Positions 20,241 through 32,100 of a DNA stretch of 64,000 bases are shown here, one piece after another. Position numbers and translations under genes: made by a program. The stretch's first letter is position 1; each line of letters opens with the position of its first letter. Under the pieces are notes generated by a model, which did no database searches, was not told the DNA's origin, and was given only the letters and a program-made list of their open reading frames with translations. Source of the DNA: Macrostomum hystrix (taxonomy: Eukaryota; Animalia; Platyhelminthes); contig CATNEN010000001.1 in assembly GCA_950097015.1 (NCBI GenBank), positions 19,530,001 through 19,594,000 of the forward strand. The letters are read 5' to 3'.

Positions 20241-22896
20241 TCTGTATGCAGTCAAAAAGATTCTTAATCGCTAAAAAAGTAGATGAAGGCTGAAAAAATA
20301 TGTCCCTCCCTTATATACTAAAAGCTCACTCAGCCACATCAGCTTCATTCTATGGCACTTGCCACGTCATATTAAACATCTCTGTGGACGCACAAATTCA
20401 AATCCATTTGAAAAATAATATCGCGAAAGAAACCTCAACATTGCCAAGATATGTAACACTAGAAAACCAAAAATATGGATTTTTAATTTCTCACTTATTA
20501 GAAGTTATTTAATCACTTTATCACTTATTATTCCCCCTAACTATACTACAAGAGCTAGGCCTATTCTATTGAACTGAACATTTGGATGCCCTGTCAAACA
20601 CACTAGGCCCTAGGCAAACTTTGATCTGATCATAGGTAGGCTACCCAGGTGCCAAGAACCTATTTGTTTTTGCAATTGTGTGCTTTACAGTTCTGTCTAA
20701 AAAAGCTAGCTAGTGTGCTAATAGACACCCCTTAGGACAGGTATCTGAGGTATATAGGATACTATCTGCAATGACCTCTATTAGCTAGGCCTAGGCTACT
20801 AGATCCAAAAGGTTGACGGTCATTTCGTCTGCCGCCTTTTTGTCTGCCAATATACGATATAGTCGTTTCGTCTGCCAATATATATAATATATAACTCGGA
20901 ATAACTAATTATGTCATCAAGCTTTGCATGGAAGTGTAATGTAAATGTCTTATTAATTATAATTTATTATAATGCTAGGATTTTTCTGAAAGTTCTGGAG
21001 CTAATATGTTGCATAGGCCCTATAAATACACAAAGCCAGAAGCAAATATCTCGAACTGTTTAGTTTACTTCCAACTTTCTTTTTTCCGTGTATGTAAACT
21101 CATATGCAATTTATTCACGAATACAAGTAGCTTAAATGCACAAAGTGTAAAATATAAGGAGCAATCGAAATTGTAGGCACAGAAAATGTAAATTCATATG
21201 CAATTTATTCACGAATACAAGTATAGCATAATTATTATATAAAGTATTATATAGGTTAGTTAGGTTTCATAGAAAATGAAGAAAAACAAAATGTATCAAT
21301 ATAAATAAGAAAACATACTTAAAACTTGCTTAGGGCCTATACCAATTTATTTTAATTCCCTACATAAAAAATAGGGATCCAGAGTCCAATACTAGGCCTA
21401 GCTCCAATGGGGTTTATCTACAACATGCACCAATCAGTGAGATGTTGATAGAAAAAATGCATTAATTGTTTTAGGGTTTTTTTATCTAAAAAATTTTTAT
21501 CTAAAAAACAAACCATTGTCTTAGCTTATGAATATAGTGAACACCTACTGCCTTTCGCACGGGCAATTTTCCTAGCTAGACAGAGAATCCAAATAGGCCT
21601 ACCAAATATTTGTTCCGTCTTCTCTTCTTTACAACTCTTGAAAGGAAATAGTAAGGAACTTAATATTAAGGAACTTAATAGGAAGGTAATCCAGAATGCT
21701 TTAAAAATATTCAGGTTGCTGTGCTTTTGGCATACCTAGGCCTAGGCCTAATGTGCATACAATAGGTGTATGTCTGACTCTCTTTATAGTAAGCAATACG
21801 TTGGTTAAACCAGACACATATATCATTAATGTTAGTTTTTTTAGAGAAACAATCATCAAGCCAGCAATTATCGGTCACTTAATTGATTACTTAATAGTAC
21901 GGAAGTTTTGTTTTGAAATTGTATTTTTGCTATGTACAATTAAATCGACGAACCACGTATAATTTGTAATTTTATTCAAACGTAACAAATTTGGTTTTAT
22001 ATGTTTTCGCACAAAATATTTGACGTGATGAATAAAATTCAAAAGCACTTTTTAATTTCCCCCCTTGTATTTTTATTATCTGTCTCGGCTCTAAGTATAT
22101 TTTTTCGCTCGTCACGATATTAGGCTAATAGTTGTGTCGCAGTTCAAAAACTTGAAAAACTAAATATATAGTATGCAAGTAATAAAAGCCGAAAAGTAAC
22201 TGTTGCGGCTAAGAAGCTGCTCATTTTGGAGTTTTATAAGTTCACAATTTTGAAACTTTGTGCATATACTTGTTCCAGAATTATAATGGTTCGTAGTGCG
22301 AAGCAATTACACGATAAAAAAATAGAGTTTAAAACCAAGTTATAATTAAAAATAAATATAAAAACATAGTGATCTGCATCAGAGACTTCTGTAAAAAAAT
22401 CTGGTTAAAAACTGTACACGTTTTCTCTTAACAGATTTTATTTTAGGATTAAGAATTCTTGCTGTGCCGTGCTGACGGTGCTATTGCGCCAAAGGAGCAG
22501 AGACAGTTAAAGTAGATGACGCTCGTAAGATGACTTTGTGAGCAGCAAAGTATATGATGAGCTTAGTACTGTTACTGCATATAAGTATAATAATATTTAG
22601 CAGATTGGCGAAATAGTAAAGATGATGGCACAAAATTGATTCTTTTTCAGGGGAACATAGGCGCCAGTCAGAGCTCCATAATTTACTGTGTCGATAAATT
22701 TGAAGTTTAAGGCTCGCATGTTCCTAATTATCTGTTATGATTGTTAGCGTCAGCACACTTTTGAGACGTATTGTGGCATTTTAGTGGCTTATTGGCACGG
22801 CAATTATATTGCATGTTGACCCGAATTTGTGTCCGTACGCGGAAACTACAAAATTTTAACGAGAATCATACACGATGCATGAGTTTTTCACTTGCT

Positions 22897-23072
22897 TTAC
22901 ACAAACGTGGTTTCAAAGTAGGTGCCCTTCAGAGAGCGTTCAACATTGGGCGATCCGTGTGATATACCGACCACAACGGCGCCCTCGTCTAGCAGGACCG
23001 CATTGGTCTGCGGGTTCTTCGTCGCTGGTCTGAGGGTCTGATAGGCACCCCAGCCACCGCCGGATGAGAGTA

Positions 23073-23110
<38 letters not shown>

Positions 23111-26100
23111 ACCAGGAGAGTTGGCCGGCCCACAACCCGCTGGTATCCCACAATGCGATGCTGATACGGTGGGGTTCGCATCGTCTGCTGGGAGCTCACG
23201 TCCTCACAGCTGTTTGTCATCAGCCCGGATGAGGAGGACAGCAAGTGCCGCCGCGCCACGGGTCCCGTAGCTGGTGCTCGCTGCTGCTGCTGCTGCTGCA
23301 GATGATTGCGCAACTGACGAGTCTGGCGAAGCGCCAGGGTGTGGGCCGGCCGGCAACGAGCTGACTGCTGCTGACCGAAGCCAACCCTGAGTCGCTCCTC
23401 GCACCAGACTTCGTAGCGTCTGGCATCTTCGTCATTGTCCTTGACTGCAGTCTCCTGCTGCTCATTGTCGTCAGTTTCCGAATCAGCTGTTTGGCCTTCG
23501 TTCACTCTGAGCGCACCGGCTGATGTGCGTCGCTGAAATTAGAGTTAGATTTTTTTTCTTGAGATTAAGCCTTGTTTTAGCACAACGAAAATACATTCAC
23601 TACTTATGAGTAGCCTGAACAGTAATTAACCAGATTAATCTGGCATAATCCTTCAATGTAAAGCTCACGAGGCAAGGATAATTTATCTATAATGAAAACC
23701 AATTGTTGGTTTTATTTAATTTTCGATAAAAAAATCTAGCAGTAAAAATCAATATAGTTTTATTCAAACGGAATCCGCCGTTGCTCGGAGACGAGATGCC
23801 TTAGTAATCACATGCAGCATCGCAGCATCGTGATTGAGCAGTGAGAGGCTCATTTAGATTCATTCTCAGCAGCCAGAGAGTTAAAATAAGACAATGCGAT
23901 CAGCAAAAAATATTCTCGGGTTCTGCTCCGGAGAGCGGATGCCAACAATGCCTCCCTTGAAGCGAATATGCATTGATAATTGTCGGCAACTGTACTCTCA
24001 CAGTCAGCTTTATAAGGCATTATATCATAAAATGATATCAGAGATAAATGTCTAGCTCTCCAATGTTGGGATTCGGATAGGCTTAAGCTCCAAGCAGTTC
24101 GGAGTTTAAATATCCCACGAGAATATACGTAGAAGTAGGGCAATGCCAGAAATTAATCTGCCACTTTGCTTAGCCAGACAAATGAGTCCAAAATAGTTTC
24201 GCCTGATTACACTAGTCTCAAAGCTTTACTCTAAATAAAAAAATAATTTTCTGTATTCGGCTCGTAAGCACCGAACCAGAACATACAGAACATCGATAGG
24301 CTGATGAATGTCTTGGAGGCCTTCCAAATATGACTCATAGCTTCAAATATCCTATGTGGTTATAATGGGTTTATAGCCTAGGGTTCGAGAATCAGACATC
24401 AGACTCGTGACTTAAAGGTCGAAGGATCGATTCCCGATCTTGGGAAACTTAACATTAAACTTTTACCAGCATCAGTCGGCATAATTGAGGGGTTCATCCC
24501 CTTCCCAGGGGGGTTACCCGCCCTGTCACTCAAGGGGCGAGTGGCAGGGCGGGTAACGTGGTTTGCCTCTCGAACCAAGGTCCTGAGCTCGATTCCACGG
24601 CGAGGCCAATTTTATTTGTGGTGCAGCCGCGGAGAGAAGGCTTGAGGGCTTGTCGAGCAATTCACGCCCTCGAGGGCGAACCTCCAAGGCGCAGTGAGAT
24701 TTTACACTGCCTGACGATCAGAAAGTCAGGACAGATGTACACACCTGCGTGAGAGCGTGCCTGCGTACGGTATCTGTGTGGTGTGTGCTCAGGAGTCAGC
24801 GTATTGTACAGAATTCAGAATGTACAGAATGCATAAAATTTTAATTTATATATGGCAGGTGCAGGTCTGCCTTGTGATTTAAATAAACAAAGAAATTTTT
24901 TGAGAATGCTCAGCAATCGAAAGCTCAGAATGTCCATTAATTCTACCTGGATTTTTCAGCTGTAAATTCGCTAGGAAACCTAGTGATACGAAAATTGACT
25001 CACCGATAAAGCAGTACCCTCAAATCTTCGAATTGTTGCATGAAAAGGCGCATGTTGCCCCAGCTGCTGCTGTTGCTGCTGCTGCATCGTTAGTAGCTTG
25101 CTGGCTTGCTCCTGCAGCTCAAGAGGCGAGTTTGGACTGACATCTGCAAGGTGAGAGAGGGGCGGTGGCAGCACATTTACAATGAAGCAGGTGAGAAACT
25201 CTAAATCTCTAAATCTAAACACACAGACGCCATTTCTCTTTATATTTTTCTACTCTCTGATCCCTATCCACTCTCTGATCCCTATCTACTCTCTGATCCC
25301 TATCTACTCTCTGATCCCTATCTACTCTCTGATCCCTATCTACTCTCTCATCCCTATCTACTCTCTGATCCCTATCTACTCTCTGCTCCCTATCTACTCT
25401 CTGATCCCTATCTACTCTCTGATCCCTATCTACTCTCCGATCCCTATATACTCTCTGATCCCTATCTACTCTCTGATCCCTAACTACTCTCTGATCCCTA
25501 TATACTCTCTGATCCCTATCTACTCTCTGATCCCTATCTACTCTCTGATCCCTATCTACTCTCTGATCCCTATCTACTCTCTGATCCCTATCTACTCTCC
25601 GATCCCTATGCCTTTAAAAGCACTGATTTTTTTCTTTACTAAGCGTCATACTTGTCAGTTCCGTTGTTCCTTCCATTCTTTCTCGGAGATAGTCAAATAT
25701 ATTTTCTGAAATATGTTTAAACTATTCAACAGTTTATTGCATGGGTGAGTGAACAAGCTCCTTTTTCGATTCGTTAAGTAAGGCAGCAGCAGCAGGTCTG
25801 TTTACAAAAGCAAGTTGCAGCAATGACAAACGAGAGGCCCAATGGACCTAGCAGGGGGGCGGCCTCTGTGTCTTCGTGTTTTTCGCTTGTTTGAACCTGT
25901 AAGCAAGCTGCTTTCCATTGTGCTTTGTGTTGGCCTGTTATTTTCCCAATCCCTACAAGCTGGGCTCTAGTTATCCCAGAGCTGATTGTTTTGCCAGCTT
26001 TGACTACAGATATATTGATGAAGGCTTCGAAGGAACACAAAGAAACTTTTCATAGGATAAAAGAGAGCCGAGGAAGTAAGTATAAAGGGATAAAATTAAT

Positions 26101-29100
26101 CGAAGTGACCAAGTAGATGAGGAGTAGGTTGAAAGGTAGTGTGACTGTTGAGTAGATTAGAAGGTAGGTTCGAAGGTAGAGTATGATATTTGGGAGATTG
26201 GATGGTGGGTTGAAAACTAGAGTAGGAGATTGGGTAGATTAGAAGGTAGGTTGGAAGGCAAGGTGAATGCACACCAATATCTTCTAGCAAAAAACTGTTC
26301 AGACTTCAAAGTCCGGTCCCAAAAATCCCCTAGTTTTTCTCCCCCTCTCTTAAGCCCGGCCTCTTCAGCAGCAGCAGCAGCGGCAGCTGCGGCAGTGGCA
26401 GCAGATATCCGGGTAAACAAGAGGCCTTCCTAGCTCTTTATGGCAGTTTCTTGTCTGCATTTTACTTCATCAGCTGACGACAAACACGACAAAAATTCAC
26501 CTGAAATGAGTCGCTGAAATCTAAAAATGCCAGCTATATTTAGGTCTCCTCTTATCATTCCACGTCTATTCTACCATTTCTCTACTATCTCATATAATTT
26601 TTCTTTTAACTTCATATGCTCATAACTCACAACTGAAGCTTTTGTGAGCATTTACTCAAAATTCACTCGATCGAAACATCGCTCTTAAATTACTTCTTGA
26701 TGCAAGTCAAGACAAAAAATTAGAGAAAAAAATGTTTGCTTGGTTGACTCGCTACTTGCGCCCAACTCACCTGAAAGCTACCTTACAGTTGTCTCTCTTT
26801 AAACTTGATCAGAAGCCCATAAATAGAAGGTTAGAATTTGAGCACAAGCAAAAGAAGTTCGCATGAGATCTGTCAGGCAGTCTACAATGACTTGCGAATT
26901 AAGAGAACGGCAAGGTTAAAGTCCCATTCTTTCGGAGATAGTATCTACCTATCTACTCTGTAGATCCCTATCTACTCTCTGATCCTATCTACTCTCTGAT
27001 CCCTATCTACTCTCTGATCCCTATCTACTCTCTGATCCTATCTACTCTCTGATACCTATCTACTCACTGATCCCTATCTACTCTCTGATCCCTATATACT
27101 CTCTGATCCCTATCTACTCTTTGATCCCTATCTACTCTCTGTAGATCCCTATCTACTCTCTGATCCATATCTACTCTCTGATCCATATCTACTCTCTGAT
27201 CCATATCTACTCACTGATCCCTATCTACTCTCTGATCCATATCTACTCTCTGATCCCTATCTACTCTCTGATCCCTATCTACTCTCTGATCCCTATCTAC
27301 TCTCTGATCCCTATCTACTCTCTGATCCCTATCTACTCTCTGATCCCTATCTACTCTCTGATCCCTATATACTCTCTGATCCATATCTACACTCTGATCC
27401 CTATCTACTCTCTGATCCCTATCTACTCTCTGATCCTATCTACTCTCTGATCCCTATCCACTCTCTGATCCCTATCTACTCTCCGATCCCTATCTACTCT
27501 CTGATGCCTATCTACTCTCTGATCCCTATATACTCTCTGATCCCTATCTACTCTTTGATCCCTATCTACTCTCTGTAGATCCCTATCTACTCTCTGATCC
27601 ATATCTACTCTCTGATCCCTATCTACTCTCTGATCCCTATCTACTCTCTGATCCATATCTACTCACTGATCCATATCTGCTCTCTGATCCCTATCTAATC
27701 TCTGATCCCTATTTACTCTCTGATCCCTATCTACTCTCTGATCCATATCTACTCTCTCATCCCTATCTACTCTCTGATTCCTATCTACTCTCCGATCCCT
27801 ATCTACTCACCGATCCCTATCTACTCTCTGATCCCTATCTACTCTTTGATCCCTATCTACTCTCTGATTCCTATCTACTCTCTGATCCCTATCTACTCTC
27901 TGATCCCTATCTACTCTCCGATCCCTATCTACTCACTGATCCCTATCTACTCTCTCATCCCTATCTACTCTCTGATCCCTATCTACTCTCTGATCCCTAT
28001 CTACTCACTGATCCCTATCTACTCTCTCATCCCTATCTACTCTCTGATCCCTATCTACTCTCTGATCCCTATCTACTCTCTGATCCCTATCTACTCTCTG
28101 ATCCATATCTACTCTCTGATCCATATCTACTCTCTCATCCCTATGTACTCTCTGATCCCTATCTACTCTCCGATCCCTATATACTCTCTGATCCCTATCT
28201 ACTCTCTGATCCCTATCTAATCTCTGATCCCTATTTACTCTCTGATCCCTATCTACTCTCTGATCCCTATCTAATCTCTGATCCCTATCTACTCTCTGAT
28301 CCCTATCTACTCTCTGATCCCTATCTAATCTCTGATCCCTATTTACTCTCTGATCCCTATATACTCTCTGATCCCTATCTACTCTCTGATCCCTATTTAC
28401 TCTCTGATCCCTATCTACTCTCTGATCCCTATCTAATCTCTGATCCCTATTTACTCTCTGATCCCTATCTAATCTCTGATCCCTATCTAATCTCTGATCC
28501 CTATCTACTCTCTGATCCCTATCTACTCTCTGATCCCTATCTAATCTCTGATCCCTATTTACTCTCTGATCCCTATCTACTCTCTGATCCCTATCTAATC
28601 TCTGATCCCTATCTACTCTCTGATCCCTATCTACTCACTGATCCATATCTACTCTCTGATCCCTATCTAATCTCTGATCCCTATTTACTCTCTGATCCCT
28701 ATCTACTCTCTGATCCATATCTACTCTCTCATCCCTATCTACTCTCTGATCCCTATCTACTCTCCGATCCCTATCTACTCACCGATCCCTATCTACTCTC
28801 TGATCCCTATCTACTCTCTGATCCCTATCTACTCTCTGATTCCTATCTACTCTCTGATCCCTATCTACTCTCTGATCCCTATCTACTCTCCGATCCCTAT
28901 CTACTCACTGATCCCTATCTACTCTCTCATCCCTATCTACTCTCTGATCCCTATCTACTCTCTGATCCCTATCTACTCACTGATCCCTATCTACTCTCTC
29001 ATCCCTATCTACTCTCTGATCCCTATCTACTCACTGATCCCTATCTACTCTCTGATCCCTATCTACTCTCTGATCCATATCTACTCTCTGATCCATATCT

Positions 29101-32100
29101 ACTCTCTCATCCCTATGTACTCTCTGATCCCTATCTACTCTCCGATCCCTATATACTCTCTGATCCCTATCTACTCTCTGATCCCTATCTACTCTCCGAT
29201 CCCTATCTACTCACCGATCCCTATCTACTCTCTCATCCCTATGTACTCTCTGATCCCTATCTACTCTCCGATCCCTATCTACTCTCTGATCCCTATCTAC
29301 TCTCTGATCCCTATCTACTCTCTGATCCCTATCTACTCTCTGATCCCTATCTACTCTCCGATCCCTATGCCTTTAAAAGCACTGATTTTTTTCTTTACTA
29401 AGCGTCATACTTGTCAGTTCCGTTGTTCCTTCCATTCTTTCTCGGAGATAGTCAAATATATTTTCTGAAATATGTTTAAACTATTCAACAGTTTATCGCA
29501 TGGGTGAGTGAACAAGCTCCTTTTTTCGATTCGTTAAGTAAGGCAGCAGCAGCAGGTCTGTTTACAAAAGCAAGTTGCAGCAATGACAAACGAGAGGCCC
29601 AATGGACCTAGCAGGGGGGCGGCCTCTGTGTCTTCGTGTTTTTCGCTTGTTTGAACCTGTAAGCAAGCTGCTTTCCATTGTGCTTTGTGTTGGCCTGTTA
29701 TTTTCCCAATCCCTACAAGCTGGGCTCTAGTTATCCCAGAGCTGATTGTTTTGCCAGCTTTGACTACAGATATATTGATGAAGGCTTCGAAGGAACACAA
29801 AGAAACTTTTTCATAGGATAAAAGAGAGCCGAGGAAGTAAGTATAAAGGGATAAAATTAATCGAAGTGACCAAGTAGATGAGGAGTAGGTTGAAAGGTAG
29901 TGTGACTGTTGAGTAGATTAGAAGGTAGGTTCGAAGGTAGAGTATGATATTTGGGAGATTGGATGGTGGGTTGAAAACTAGAGTAGGAGATTGGGTAGAT
30001 TAGAAGGTAGGTTGGAAGGCAAGGTGAATGCACACCAATATCTTCTAGCAAAAAACTGTTCAGACTTCAAAGTCCAGTCCCAAAAATCCCCCTAGTTTTT
30101 CTCCCCCTCTCTTAAGCCCGGCCTCTTCAGCAGCAGCGGCAGCGGCAGCTGCGGCAGTGGCAGCAGATATCCGGGTAAACAAGAGGCCTTCCTAGCTCTT
30201 TATGGCAGTTTCTTGTCTGCATTTTACTTCATCAGCTGACGACAAACACGACAAAAATTCACCTGAAATGAGTCGCTGAAATCTAAAAATGCCAGCTATA
30301 TTTAGGTCTCCTCTTATCATTCCACGTCTATTCTACCATTTCTCTACTATCTCATATAATTTTTCTTTTAACTTCATATGCTCATAACTCACAGCTGAAG
30401 CTTTTGTGAGCATTTACTCAAAATTCACTCGATCGAAACATCGCTCTTGAATTACTTCTTGATGCAAGTCAAGACAAAAAATTAGAGAAAAAATGTTTGC
30501 TTGGTTGACTCCCTACTTGCGCCCAACTCACCTGAAAGCTACCTTACAGTTGTCTCTCTTTAAACTTGATCAGAAGCCCATAAATAGAAGGTTAGAATTT
30601 GAGCACAAGCAAAAGAAGTTCGCATGAGATCTGTAAGGCAGTCTACAATGACTTGCGAATTAAGAGAACGGCAAGGTTAAAGTCCCATTCTTTCGGAGAT
30701 AGTATCTACCTATCTACTCTGTAGATCCCTATCTACTCTCTCATCCCTATCTACTCTCTCATCCCTATCTACTCTCTCATCCCTATCTACTCTCTCATCC
30801 CTATCTACTCTCTGATCCCTATCTACTCTCTGATCCCTATCTACTCTCTGATCCCTATCTACTCTCTGATCCCTATCTACTCTCTCATCCCTATCTACTC
30901 TCTCATCCCTATCTACTCTCTGATCCCTATCTACTCTCTGATCCCTATCTACTCTCTGTAGATTCCTATATACTCTCTGATCCCTATCTACTCTCTGTTG
31001 ATCCCTATCTTCTCTCCCTATCAACTAATCCCTAACTTTATTGCTTAAAACTCTTATTGACTTCAAAAATGAGTTCCTATTGCCGAGGAGGTACATTGTC
31101 TGTCGAATTGTCTAATAACAATCGTCATTACGAACTCAGGTAGAAAGTGCATGGCTTCTTACTAAGTTTAGCATGAGCAGCCAATACCTATGAGATAACA
31201 AATTTACAATCGAGTCAGTAGAAGTGAATGAAAAATGCCGCCAACCAGCAGGGCAGGGGCAAAGTCGAGGCAGGGCTCAAATCTCTAAACTGGCAGCTAC
31301 TCATAGCTGAGTGATTTCAGAATTTCTAAATCTCTGACTCTAGCCGGCCCGATTTTCCTTTGTTCTGGCCGCCCTCAGCCACAATCACAGGCCTTTCATT
31401 TCTCCCTTCTTCTCTCTGGGGAGGCACCAATGACTAAAGTGGGTCGGATCCCCAGTTGGGAGTGAAAAGTCACGTCCTATTTTTTAGCCCCGTGGGATAT
31501 TTGGGCTGGGCGAGCTGGTGCGGAGTCAAAGAAATAGTTTGAGCTAAGCCTGCTTTATTGAGTGGGTAAAAGGTTGATAGGAAGGAAATAGGGTTGGTTT
31601 CTGGGCTACGCGACTTAGATAAATGAGTGCGCTTATCCACGACTAAATAATTATTAATAAAATATTATACTGGAACACATCCCGGAGACTCACCCCTCTC
31701 AATAGACTGATCGATCCGTTTGACGTAGAAGAATAGCACGATAGCGAACGCAATCACTACGATGAACACTAACACGGTAATAAGTGTCACCACAATGACG
31801 AATTGCCTCCTGTCTGAACTGGACGCTGGCGCATCAGAATACTGCTGATTTTTCTCTGTGTGACGCCTCGCGTCTCGATTGCCGTCAGTGCCGTCTCGCT
31901 CGATGCCCAAACTGCCGCTCCGAACGCCGCCAACCGCACTGCTATCGGCACCACCGATGCTGCCCGAGCTGGTGAAGTCCAGCCGCGTCGACATTGGGAT
32001 TCGAGCAACGACGACGCGGCACTGGTAGGTGCGGATCAGGCGCTGATTGGCGGCGTCCGTTAGCCGAAGCCTGAAGCTGAACTTCTGACGAATCCGACTG

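Noticed and set aside
21096-21223. 35-bp direct repeat TAAA(C/T)TCATATGCAATTTATTCACGAATACAAGTA
   Set aside because: Only two copies in AT-rich repeat debris; most likely a local duplication.
24395-24445. tRNA-like fragment (GACTCGTGAC..GGTCGAAGGATCGATTCCC)
   Set aside because: Only a partial T-arm-like stretch; probably a decayed second SINE, not supportable as a gene.
25182-31024. ORFs encoding YSLIPI or VDRDQR repeats
   Set aside because: Translations of the 18-bp minisatellite; no coding signal.
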